DNA of 64,000 nucleotides from positions 923-64,922 of the forward strand of contig NZ_DATFAF010000026.1 in NCBI RefSeq assembly GCF_035254865.1, read 5' to 3'. Position 1 is the stretch's first letter. Each line of letters begins with the position of its first letter. Under the pieces are notes generated by a model. It did no database searches. It saw nothing but the letters and a program-made list of their open reading frames with translations, and was not told the origin of the DNA. The stretch comes from Noviherbaspirillum sp. (GTDB taxonomy: Bacteria > Pseudomonadota > Gammaproteobacteria > Burkholderiales > Burkholderiaceae_D). Positions 18,245 through 27,453 of this stretch are shown here, in pieces. Both the position numbers and the translations under genes were made by a program.

Positions 18245-20578
18245 TCAGGCATACGGTATGTATTCGATACCGTTCTGGATCACCCCGATCACCTGTGCCT
18301 TGTTTTCCACACTCTCGCTGAAATCGACCAGCACGCGTATCGGCGATGCCAATCCGCTGTCCAGCACATTCAGCCACCAGGCAAACCCCTCCGCATCAGG
18401 CGCGCGGTGCAGCACGTTTTCGTAGTAGTGTGTCAGGATTTGACTGTTTGAAGGCGAAACGCCGTACAGCGTCTTGAACTCGTCGGAGTTGTAGAAACCG
18501 GACGCCGCATTCATCAACGAATAGCCGACATCCAGGCTGTTGATCCAGAACCCGAGTCCGGTCAGATCCGGTGTCCGATCGAATGCCGCCTGATAGAGCC
18601 GGTAAACCATGCCGGCGTTGCCGTCGGTATCAAAGGCATATGCGGCGTCGCTGAAAATGAGACGCTCGACGCTGGTCAGCGTGTCGTTAACCTGCGAGCC
18701 GGCGTTGTCGACAACGGCAAGTCCCTTGGCCGTCCTGGAAACCGTGTAATTGCTGCTGAGCCCGGGAAGGATGACTTTATCAATCCCCAGCCCCCCGTCG
18801 ACAATGTCATTTCCCCCGTAAGAGTTGATGCGGTCATTGCCGTCGTTGCCGTACAGGATGTCATCTCCGCCGGTACCGTCGATGATGTCATTCGACGCAG
18901 TGCCGGCGTAGCTCAGGCCGATGCTGGGATCGGAATTCAAGCTGAGCGACGTGTTGGTGAACTGGATTGTTTCGACGTTGAGCAAGGAGTCGCTGCCTTC
19001 CCCGCCGACACGATCCACCGCGGTGAATCCGGTCGTGGTCCTGGCGACGGTGAAGTTGGCTCGCACTCCGTTGTAAATGGCTGTATCGCTGCCCGCGCCG
19101 CCATCCAGAATGTCGTTGCCGCCAGCGCCCGTCATACTGTCATTGCCATTGCCCCCCCATAGGTGATTGGCGACGGCGTTTCCGGTGATGGAGTCATTCC
19201 CGCTGCCGCCCTTGGCATCTTCAATGACGCTGCCGAAATTCACGGTGATCTGGCCTGCAGAGGAGATCAGCGAGGATTTTTCGCCGATATACCCCCAGTA
19301 GCCCGGCTCCAGATACAAGGTGATGGCCTGCGAAATGGCCGAACCATCGATGGTGTCGCTGCCGCCGCCATCCCAGATCATGTTGGTGCTACCGGTCTGG
19401 AGCGTGTAGACATTGTTTGTCGCGACAGCTGTGCTCGGACCGTACAGATACTGCAGCGCGGCGATATCAAACGGGGAATAACGCAGATGGTAATCCTGCG
19501 GCCGGTCCGAATAGCTCATCACCGACCATTGCGTGCTTTCCTCCGCTGCGGGCAGATACGGCCCTTCGCCAACACTGCCATCCGCGGAGAGATGCGAGAA
19601 GGTGTGCTTCAGGCCGAGTGCATGTCCGAGCTCGTGGATCAAGGTCAGGGCGGCATATTGTCCATCCTGCGGCGTCAGGTTTCCCGGTGTGGTGTTGTCC
19701 AGGAACAGATCGCTGCCTATCGCCTCGTCGTATGGGAAGTACGCGTAGCCGGAGGAAGAACTTTGGTTGTTATTTGCAAAGACGATGGTATTCAGGGCAC
19801 CGGCATCCGTCGTCTCGACAAAATGCAGATCGACGACCGTCGATATGTAGGCCAATGCCTGCCGTGCGAATGTCTTTTGCTGCTCGTTGAAGGGCGTGAA
19901 ACCGTTTTGATCCTCCGCGCTGAATTGCGACGGGATCGACGTCGGAAAGCAGTAGTAAAAGGTCTTGCCGCCTTCCAGCAAGGGCTGGTATCCGGGCGCA
20001 TCGCCAGGCAGCAAGTCATCGATCCAGTATGGCAGGCGCTGCACGCCGTTGGCCCAGGACCAGTTCTCCACGTCGGGATTGGTCTTGTAGAAATCGACAT
20101 AAATCACGCCACTGTCGGTGCCGCCGCTGTCATACAGACTCGTATGCCGGTCGCGAATGAGGTAAGTATCATTGCCGGATCCGCCGGCCAGATAATCGTT
20201 TCCCTGGCCGCCGTCCAGCGTGTCGTTCCCGGCGCCGCCTTGAAGGTAATCGTCACCACTGCCGCCCTGCAGCGTGTCGTCGCCGCCGGCGCCATACAGC
20301 GCATCGTTGCCGTCGCCCCCAACCAGTGTTCCGCTCGCCGTGCCTGTGAATACGAGCGTGTCATCTCCGGCATCACCATACAGGATATTGACGCCCCCGC
20401 TGTCGTACAGGCGATCGTTGCCGAAACCGCCATACAAGCTGTCGTTTCCGGCACCGCCGTCGAGCGTGTCATTTCCCTCGAATCCGTAAAGCACATCGCT
20501 GCCGTCGAGGCCGGACAGTTGGTCGTCACTTGCGGTTCCGACGAGCGTGTCGGAAGAATTGGTACCGTAGATATTCAT
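18245..20578 (-). CDS. RTX-repeat / serralysin-like zinc metalloprotease / DUF4214 multidomain secreted protein
   Basis: GGxGxD nonapeptide repeats at aa about 8-140 and about 455-600. HELGHALGLKH (aa 315-325, nt 19604-19636). SVMSY Met-turn (aa 352-356). C-terminal DUF4214-like region (aa about 655-765). No N-terminal signal peptide. Confidence 0.85.
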   Translation of the reverse strand: MNIYGTNSSDTLVGTASDDQLSGLDGSDVLYGFEGNDTLDGGAGNDSLYGGFGNDRLYDSGGVNILYGDAGDDTLVFTGTASGTLVGGDGNDALYGAGGDDTLQGGSGDDYLQGGAGNDTLDGGQGNDYLAGGSGNDTYLIRDRHTSLYDSGGTDSGVIYVDFYKTNPDVENWSWANGVQRLPYWIDDLLPGDAPGYQPLLEGGKTFYYCFPTSIPSQFSAEDQNGFTPFNEQQKTFARQALAYISTVVDLHFVETTDAGALNTIVFANNNQSSSSGYAYFPYDEAIGSDLFLDNTTPGNLTPQDGQYAALTLIHELGHALGLKHTFSHLSADGSVGEGPYLPAAEESTQWSVMSYSDRPQDYHLRYSPFDIAALQYLYGPSTAVATNNVYTLQTGSTNMIWDGGGSDTIDGSAISQAITLYLEPGYWGYIGEKSSLISSAGQITVNFGSVIEDAKGGSGNDSITGNAVANHLWGGNGNDSMTGAGGNDILDGGAGSDTAIYNGVRANFTVARTTTGFTAVDRVGGEGSDSLLNVETIQFTNTSLSLNSDPSIGLSYAGTASNDIIDGTGGDDILYGNDGNDRINSYGGNDIVDGGLGIDKVILPGLSSNYTVSRTAKGLAVVDNAGSQVNDTLTSVERLIFSDAAYAFDTDGNAGMVYRLYQAAFDRTPDLTGLGFWINSLDVGYSLMNAASGFYNSDEFKTLYGVSPSNSQILTHYYENVLHRAPDAEGFAWWLNVLDSGLASPIRVLVDFSESVENKAQVIGVIQNGIEYIPYA

Positions 20579-20813
20579 TTCACACTTGTTTCATCGAAGG
20601 CTTGCAGGACGAGCGTCCAAGGCGGGAAAGCACTGCAGAGGATCGAGGAGCGGCCCTGTTTTGCCGCAGGACGATGGCGCTCGCTGCCGAGCATGTCCTG
20701 TTGATGTTACTACGATGAAAGAAAGCGCCGCAATAGCTCCAGATGCCTTGCGGCATCGGAGCTTCGCAAATGTTGTTTTCTAAGAGGAAGGAAAGCGACG
20801 ATCGATCGCGAAT

Positions 20814-22007
20814 TTACACTTTCGCAGCAATCAATTTGCCAAGCCGCGCCACGCCTTCGCGAATTTTTTCCGGCGGCACGGTGACGAAGCTCAGTCGCAG
20901 GGTATTGGCTTGCGGCGCATTGGCATAGAACGGTGCGCCGGGTACGAACGCGACATGCTCCGCAATCGCTTCGTCCAGTAGCTTCATGCTGTCGATGTGC
21001 TTGGGCAGCGTGACCCAGATGAACATGCCGCCTTCCGGCTTGGTCCATGTCACCGACGAGGGGAAGAACTCCGCCAGCGCAGCCAGCATGGCGTCGCACT
21101 GATCCGAATACAACTTGCGTATCGTGGGAATGTGGTCGGTGAGGAATCCATCCTTCACAACTTCATGCACCACCATCTGCGTCAGCTGCGCGGTGTGCAG
21201 GTCGGCCGCCTGCTTGGCCTGCTCCAGCTTGCGGATCAAGGGCACCGGCGCCACCACATAGCCGAGACGGATACCGGGGGTCAGCACCTTGGAGAAGGAG
21301 CCCATGTAGATCACACCATCGGGATTCATCGTCACCATCTTCGGCAGCGGTTCGCCGCGATAGCAGAGCGCGCCGTAGGGATCGTCTTCGATCAAGGGCA
21401 GGCCGAGCCGCGCGCAGGTTTCAACGAGTGCAAGTCGGCGATCGACCGAGAGCGTGCGGCCGGTCGGGTTCTGGAAATTCGGCAATGCATACAACAGGCG
21501 CGCGCCCTGCCCGACGCTCGCCACCTGGTCCGGCAAGAGCCCGTGATCGTCGGTCGCGACCGAGACAAATTGGGGGCGATACAAGGAGAATGCCTGCAGC
21601 GCGCCCAGATAGCTCGGCGTCTCGACCAGCAGCTTGCTGCCTTCGTCGACCAGCACCTTGGCCAGCAGGTCGAGGCCTTGCTGTGAACCCGACACCATCA
21701 ACACCTGTTCCGGGACGATCTTCGCGCCATTCACCGACAGGGAATGGGCAATCCATTCACGCAAGGGAGCATAGCCGTCCGTCGGACCATACTGCAGTGC
21801 GACCTTGCCCTCTTTCGACAATACCGTGTCGAATGCCGCGCGCATGCGCTCTACCGGGAAAGTCGCCGGGGACGGCAGTCCGCCCGCGAAGGAGATGATT
21901 TCCGGCCGCACGGTGACCTTGAGGATCTCGCGGATGGCCGAGCTTTGCAGTTGTTGTGCGCGCTCGGAGAATTGCCACTGGATGGGTGTCGGATTTTCCA
22001 TTTTCAT
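20814..22007 (-). CDS. PLP-dependent aminotransferase, class I/II
   Basis: AIREILK..., YGPTDGY, GSFSKVLTPGIRLGY (PLP-Lys motif). The start may be at 22007 or 22001. Confidence 0.8.
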   Translation of the reverse strand: MKMENPTPIQWQFSERAQQLQSSAIREILKVTVRPEIISFAGGLPSPATFPVERMRAAFDTVLSKEGKVALQYGPTDGYAPLREWIAHSLSVNGAKIVPEQVLMVSGSQQGLDLLAKVLVDEGSKLLVETPSYLGALQAFSLYRPQFVSVATDDHGLLPDQVASVGQGARLLYALPNFQNPTGRTLSVDRRLALVETCARLGLPLIEDDPYGALCYRGEPLPKMVTMNPDGVIYMGSFSKVLTPGIRLGYVVAPVPLIRKLEQAKQAADLHTAQLTQMVVHEVVKDGFLTDHIPTIRKLYSDQCDAMLAALAEFFPSSVTWTKPEGGMFIWVTLPKHIDSMKLLDEAIAEHVAFVPGAPFYANAPQANTLRLSFVTVPPEKIREGVARLGKLIAAKV

Positions 22008-22108
22008 TGCTTGTCTCACTTTGTTGATGGCGGCATGTGCGGTGTATTGCGGATGGCGGTACACATCACATTGGCCTTGTTTTCAGGTTCGCTTGTGGCG
22101 ACCTGCCG

Positions 22109-22132
22109 AAAAACGGCATCGGATACATGCCG
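22109..22132 (-). terminator. rho-independent terminator downstream of the class V aminotransferase gene
   Basis: On the minus strand: CGGCAT, 7-nt loop, ATGCCG, then TTTTT (plus-strand A-run 22109-22113). Confidence 0.6.
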
Positions 22133-22173
22133 TAAAAATACCGGATTGTAACGGCGTCCCGCGATCACGGGTT

Positions 22174-23397
22174 CTAGATTTGTGCGTCCGCGCCTCGTAC
22201 GAAAAATTTTTCCGACAGGCCTTTCTCGAGTTCGGCAATGCCCGACGGCAGGTCGAGCACCGCGCCCGCATATTGCATGCTCGATCCCAGCGCGTGCAGC
22301 GTCCTGAACAGATTGTGCGCGCGGCTCTGTTCGCCCATTTGCCCGATGCGCACGATGTTCAATCCGAAGGAGCCGGAAATTTCCACGCGATGCACGCGCG
22401 ACATATGGGTTCTGACCGCGTCCGCCGACACGCCGTCGGGAATCGTGATGCCGACCACCGAATTCAGGCGCACGGGCTCCGGCACCAGCAGTTTCAGGCC
22501 CATGGCTTCGATGCCGCGTTGCAGGGCCTTGGAACAGAGTTCGTGACGGCGGAAACGGCGCGTCAGCGTTTCATCGCAAACCAGGCGCAGCGCCTCGTGC
22601 AGCGCGAGGATCCCGGATACCGGCGCGGTGTAGTGATACGACTTCTGGTTCCAGAATTTGTCGGCCAGCAGTGCATCGAGGCACCAGTGCGTAATCGGCT
22701 TCTCGCGCGCCTCGATGCGCTTCCATGCATTTTCCGAAAACGCGAGCAGGGAAACGCCGGGGATCGATGACAGGCCCTTCTGCCCGCCGGTGATCACCGC
22801 GTCCACCTTCCAGCGGTCCATCTCGAGCGGCATGGTGCTCAAGGTGCACACCGCATCGACGATCACCATGCAGCCGTACGAGTTGGCGAGGCGCGCAATG
22901 GCTTCCAGATGACGGTTGAAGACGGTGTTGGAGGTCTCGCCCTGCACGATCGTGAGTGTCTGGTAATCGCCCTGCTTCAGGTGCTGCTCGATGATGTCCG
23001 GCTGGGCGGCTTCATTGTCAGGCACGGTCACGACGGTGACTTCCGCGCCGACGCGTGTTGCCATCTCGGCCATGCGACGGCTGAAATAGCCATTACAGAT
23101 GGCCAGCACCTTGCTGCCCGGCGCGACCAGATTGCAGATCGCCATTTCCATGGCCGCCGAGCCGGGGCCGGCGACGCCGAGCACATGTGAAGATGCGGTC
23201 TGGAAAACGTAACGGCCCATTTCCTTCACCTGCTCGATCACCTTGTTCATCGTCTCGCCAAGATGATTGATGACGATGGAATTGGCGTAGGCGACCTTGT
23301 GCGGAATGGGCACCGGTCCGGCGCCCATCATCAGCAAGGGTTCTTCGGGAAGGATGTGGTCGAGCGAGGCGACTGAGGGCGGATGATAGGTTTCCAT
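22174..23397 (-). CDS. class V aminotransferase (alanine-glyoxylate / serine-pyruvate aminotransferase family)
   Basis: Typical AGXT-family layout: MMGAGPVPIP..., GETSNTV, DAVCTL, GGQKGLSSIPG (PLP-Lys). Confidence 0.8.
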   Translation of the reverse strand: METYHPPSVASLDHILPEEPLLMMGAGPVPIPHKVAYANSIVINHLGETMNKVIEQVKEMGRYVFQTASSHVLGVAGPGSAAMEMAICNLVAPGSKVLAICNGYFSRRMAEMATRVGAEVTVVTVPDNEAAQPDIIEQHLKQGDYQTLTIVQGETSNTVFNRHLEAIARLANSYGCMVIVDAVCTLSTMPLEMDRWKVDAVITGGQKGLSSIPGVSLLAFSENAWKRIEAREKPITHWCLDALLADKFWNQKSYHYTAPVSGILALHEALRLVCDETLTRRFRRHELCSKALQRGIEAMGLKLLVPEPVRLNSVVGITIPDGVSADAVRTHMSRVHRVEISGSFGLNIVRIGQMGEQSRAHNLFRTLHALGSSMQYAGAVLDLPSGIAELEKGLSEKFFVRGADAQI

Positions 23398-23439
23398 GGA
23401 GCGGGCCGGTCAATAAAGGGGCGATGTGCTTGTTGCGGT

Positions 23440-23898
23440 TCAGGCGACTTCTGCGATCAGCTCGATTTCGACGCACGCGCCGAGCGGAATCTGCGCGACG
23501 CCGAAGGCGGAACGCGCATGCCTGCCCTGCTCGCCGAATACTTCGCCGAACAGCTCGGACGCGCCGTTGGTGACCAGGTGCTGCTCCGTGAAATCAGCCG
23601 TCGAGTTCACCAGGCTCATGACCTTGACGATGCGCTTGACGCGATTGAGGTCGCCACCGCAGGCCGCCTGCAGGGTCGCGATCAGATCGACGGCGACGGA
23701 CCGTGCGGCCTGCTTGCCTTCGTCGGTGTTCATGTTCTTGCCGAGCTGGCCGACCCAGGGCTTGCCGTCTTTCTTTGCGATATGACCGGAAATGAATATC
23801 GTGTTGCCGGTTTGCACATACATCACATAGGCAGCCGCAGGTGAAGCGACAGCCGGCAGATCGATGTTGAGGGCTTTGAGTTTTTCGTAGACTGACAA
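23440..23898 (-). CDS. RidA/YjgF family reactive-intermediate deaminase
   Basis: 152 aa with GHIAKKDGK..., ARSAFGVAQIPLGACVEIE at the C-terminus. TTG start at 23898. Confidence 0.8.
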   Translation of the reverse strand: MSVYEKLKALNIDLPAVASPAAAYVMYVQTGNTIFISGHIAKKDGKPWVGQLGKNMNTDEGKQAARSVAVDLIATLQAACGGDLNRVKRIVKVMSLVNSTADFTEQHLVTNGASELFGEVFGEQGRHARSAFGVAQIPLGACVEIELIAEVA

Positions 23899-23957
23899 GA
23901 TGCGCTCCAGGAATAAGTGTGGCTGGCGCCGGTTACAGGCGTAAAAAGATGATGATT

Positions 23958-24839
23958 TTACCTCTTGATCGTCATGCGGCGTCCAACGGCGACGACTGCG
24001 ACCACGGCGATGGCGAACAAGACGGTATTTGCATCCATCTTCTCGCCGAGAATGAGTGCCGCGCCAATCAGTGTCAGGAAAGGTTGCAGCAATTGCACCT
24101 GCCCGACCCGCGCAATCCCGCCCAGCGCCAAACCTTTATACCAAAAGAAGAACCCAATAAACATCGAAAAAAGGGAAACATAACCGAATCCTATCCAGGC
24201 TTTCGGCGATGCATCGATGCCGTAACGCCAGCCGAGCCAGACTGTGACCGGCAACAGAATCGGCATGGAAAGCAGCAATGCCCAGGAAATCACCTGCTGT
24301 CCGCCCATGGTTTGCGACAGGCGGCCACCTTCGGCATATCCCATCGCTGCCGCGACCACCGCGCCGAACAGGGCGAAATCGGCGGCATGTAATGTTCCCC
24401 CGCCTTGCCACAATGCAAAGGCAATCACGAGGGCGCTGCCCGCAATCGCTGCAATCCAGAATCCGACGGACGGCCTCTCACCGAAACGCAATGCGCCGAA
24501 CAAGGCGGTTGCCAGGGGCAAGACGCCAATCACGATCGCGCCGTGCGAAGCCGGCACGTAACGCATCGCAATCGACGAGAGCACGGGAAAACCGACCACC
24601 ACGCCCAGCGAAATGACGGCAAGCGCACGCAGTTGACTGCGCGTCGGACGCGGCGCGCCCAGCCACCAGAGCAGCAAGCCCGAACCGATTGCCGCCACGA
24701 CCGCGCGGCCGAGCGCTACCAGCACGGGATTCAGTTCCGCCACCGCCATCCGGGTGAACGGCAAGGTGAGACTGAAAATCGCGACACCGATGGTGCCGAG
24801 CCACATGCCGCGGCTTTCCTGCCTGATGACTGCACTCAT
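23958..24839 (-). CDS. DMT superfamily (EamA-like) transporter
   Basis: 293 aa with about 10 hydrophobic helices arranged as a tandem EamA repeat. Confidence 0.8.
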   Translation of the reverse strand: MSAVIRQESRGMWLGTIGVAIFSLTLPFTRMAVAELNPVLVALGRAVVAAIGSGLLLWWLGAPRPTRSQLRALAVISLGVVVGFPVLSSIAMRYVPASHGAIVIGVLPLATALFGALRFGERPSVGFWIAAIAGSALVIAFALWQGGGTLHAADFALFGAVVAAAMGYAEGGRLSQTMGGQQVISWALLLSMPILLPVTVWLGWRYGIDASPKAWIGFGYVSLFSMFIGFFFWYKGLALGGIARVGQVQLLQPFLTLIGAALILGEKMDANTVLFAIAVVAVVAVGRRMTIKR

Positions 24840-24854
24840 GCATCGATCTCCATC

Positions 24855-25832
24855 TCAGGAAAAGGAATCAGCTGACAGGATACGTGCAAACTGGTCATGG
24901 TCCACATTGCCGCCGCACAGCGGCACGCCGATCCTGCGTCTGCGCAGGCGATCCGTCATCTGCATGGCTGCGGCCAGCGGTGCGGCGCCGGCGCCTTCGG
25001 CGACATTGTGCGTGGCGATGTAGTACAGCCGCATTGCCGCGGCTACTTCATCGTCGGTCACGGCAACGACGTCGTCGGCGTACTTCATGATGATGGCGAG
25101 CGACTCTTCGTCCGGGACACGGCAGGCCATGCCGTCGGCGATCACCGCCGTCACCGGCGATTCGATCTTGCGTTTCTGCTCGAAGGACAATTTGTAGGCA
25201 AGCGCATGCGCCGACACCACGCCGATGATCCGGGTGCCGAGTCCCAATGCGTTGCGCGCGGCAATTGCGGCGCAGATGCCGGAGCCCTGGCCGATCGGCA
25301 CGAAGATCGTGTCGAGTTCCGGTTGCGCGCTCAGGAATTCCATCCAGTAGCTTGCGACGCCGCTCACGAGGTCATGGTGGAATGAGGGAATCATGTGCAG
25401 TTGCTGCTCGTCGGCGAGCCGCGCCGCATGCTCGCGACTCTCCTGGAACTCGCTCCCGTGTTCGACCAGGTTCACACCGAGCGCGCGCATGGCGGCATTC
25501 TTTTCCTTGCTGTTCCCATGCGGAACGACAATCGTCGCCTGCAGCCCTTGACGGCGTACCGCAAAGCCGACCGACTGACCATGGTTGCCGCGCGTGGCGG
25601 AAATCACGCCCTTGACCTGCGGAGCACGCCTGGCAAGTTCGTGCATGTACACTAGTCCGCCGCGCACCTTGAAGGCGCCGGTCGGCGTGTGGTTTTCATG
25701 CTTGACCCAGACCTCGGTGCCAAGCGCTTCGCGCAGCAGCGGCCAGGCATATTGCGGCGTGGGCGGCATCGCGCGATAGACGATTTGCGCGGCGGCTTCA
25801 AGCGCGTTCCGGTCGGGAAGTTGATGTGTCAT
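24855..25832 (-). CDS. threonine/serine dehydratase-like PLP enzyme (fold type II)
   Basis: HENHTPTGAFKVRGG (PLP-Lys motif), SATRGNHGQS, GQGSG glycine loop. 325 aa with no ACT regulatory domain. Confidence 0.8.
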   Translation of the reverse strand: MTHQLPDRNALEAAAQIVYRAMPPTPQYAWPLLREALGTEVWVKHENHTPTGAFKVRGGLVYMHELARRAPQVKGVISATRGNHGQSVGFAVRRQGLQATIVVPHGNSKEKNAAMRALGVNLVEHGSEFQESREHAARLADEQQLHMIPSFHHDLVSGVASYWMEFLSAQPELDTIFVPIGQGSGICAAIAARNALGLGTRIIGVVSAHALAYKLSFEQKRKIESPVTAVIADGMACRVPDEESLAIIMKYADDVVAVTDDEVAAAMRLYYIATHNVAEGAGAAPLAAAMQMTDRLRRRRIGVPLCGGNVDHDQFARILSADSFS

Positions 25833-25934
25833 GGTCGAGGTTGCGGTTTGTTTGTGGTTGAACTATCCTAATCGACATTACCGATACAGTACCAGTACAG
25901 TTAATCAAATAAATTTGATCACTGTCACGGCAAA

Positions 25935-27422
25935 ATGACCAATACAGCCCGCTCTCGTAAAGCTCCCGCCGAACTCAGTCTCGCGGCGCCGCAAGTGCTG
26001 TCGCGCCAGGCGGGGGAATCGCTGGTCGATCAGATCGTGCGCTCCGTCGAATCGCGCGTCGATGACAAACTGTTGCGCAGCGGCGCACGCATGCCCTCGA
26101 TCCGGCAATTCGCGGAGACCCACGGGGTGTCGCGCTTTACGGTGGTCGAAGCCTATGACCGCCTGGTAGCGAAGGGCTATCTGGAGTCGCGGCGGGGCTC
26201 GGGTTTTTATGTGCGGGAGCGCTCCCCGATGGCGGTCGCGGGCAACAGTCCGCGCGCGATCGACGCGCTGCCGCAACAGCTGGACGTGGTCTGGCTGGTG
26301 CGCAACATGTTTCGCCAGCATCCGCCCGAGAAGATGCCGGGCTCCGGCCTGCTGCCGAGCGACTGGCTGGACGGCGAGCTGATTGCCAACGGGCTGCGCG
26401 CGATCAGCCGGCAACACCAGAACCTGCTGCTGCAGTATGGCAATCCGCAAGGCTTTCTGCCGCTGCGCCAGCAATTGCAGCTGAAGCTGGCAGAACTGGA
26501 AATCGCCGCGATGCCGGACCAGATTGTCACGACCTCCGGCATCACGCAGGGGCTGGATCTGATTGCGCGCCACTTCACCCAGCCGGGCGACACCATCCTG
26601 GTGGACGATCCGGCGTGGTTCCTGATGTTCGGCTCGTTCGCCACGCTGGGCGCCAAGGTGGTCGGCGTACCGCGCCTGCCGGACGGGCCCGGCATCGCGA
26701 AGCTGGCCGAACTGGTGGCGGCGCACAAGCCGAAGCTGTATGTGATCAACTCGGTGCTGCACAATCCGACATCGACTTCGCTGTCGGCGGCAAAAGCCTT
26801 CCAGATCCTGAAGATCGCCGAGCAGCATGACGTCACCATCGTGGAAGACGATATCTATTGCGATCTGCACCCAGGCAGCGCGGTCCAGCCCGCAACCCGC
26901 ATCGCGGCACTCGACCAGTTGAACCGCGTGATCTACCTCGGCGGTTTTTCCAAGACGCTCGCGGCCAATTTACGCGTCGGCTTCATCGCCACCTCCGAGG
27001 AAATGGCCAAGCGCCTGTCCGACCGCAAGATGCTCACGACGCTGACCACTTCCGACCTGGGTGAGCGCATCGTGTACAAGATCCTGTCCGAGGGCCACTA
27101 TCGCAAGCACGTCGATCGCCTGCGCGGCAAGCTCGACGCAGTGCGCGACAAGACCATCAAGCAATTGGAGCGCGTCGGCATCAAGGTCGACATCACGGCG
27201 CCGGCGGGAATGTTCGTCTGGGCTGATGCCGGCTGCGACACCAATGTGCTGGCCGAGAAGGCGTTGCAGGAAGGTTACCTGCTCGCGCCCGGCAGCCTGT
27301 TCTCACCGAGCCAGCTGCCCTCCACGCGCATGCGGATCAATGTCGCGAACATGGCGCAGGGCGGCGTGCTGCGCATCCTTGAACGGCATATCGATGAAAT
27401 GACCAGTAGTTCATCCAGATGA
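25935..27422 (+). CDS. MocR/PdxR-type regulator (GntR wHTH fused to an aminotransferase-fold domain)
   Basis: N-terminal MPSIRQFAETHGVSRFTVVEAYDRLVAKGYL. C-terminal class-I aminotransferase fold with GGFSKTLAANLRVGF. Divergent from the dehydratase operon. Confidence 0.88.
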   Translation: MTNTARSRKAPAELSLAAPQVLSRQAGESLVDQIVRSVESRVDDKLLRSGARMPSIRQFAETHGVSRFTVVEAYDRLVAKGYLESRRGSGFYVRERSPMAVAGNSPRAIDALPQQLDVVWLVRNMFRQHPPEKMPGSGLLPSDWLDGELIANGLRAISRQHQNLLLQYGNPQGFLPLRQQLQLKLAELEIAAMPDQIVTTSGITQGLDLIARHFTQPGDTILVDDPAWFLMFGSFATLGAKVVGVPRLPDGPGIAKLAELVAAHKPKLYVINSVLHNPTSTSLSAAKAFQILKIAEQHDVTIVEDDIYCDLHPGSAVQPATRIAALDQLNRVIYLGGFSKTLAANLRVGFIATSEEMAKRLSDRKMLTTLTTSDLGERIVYKILSEGHYRKHVDRLRGKLDAVRDKTIKQLERVGIKVDITAPAGMFVWADAGCDTNVLAEKALQEGYLLAPGSLFSPSQLPSTRMRINVANMAQGGVLRILERHIDEMTSSSSR

Positions 27423-27453
27423 AATCAAAGGATGTCGCCGGAAGCCTGTTGAT

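Noticed and set aside
18700-20560. Periodic 27-nt repeats on the minus strand.
   Set aside because: They are the DNA image of RTX GGxGxD nonapeptide repeats inside a continuous ORF. They are not an independent repeat element.
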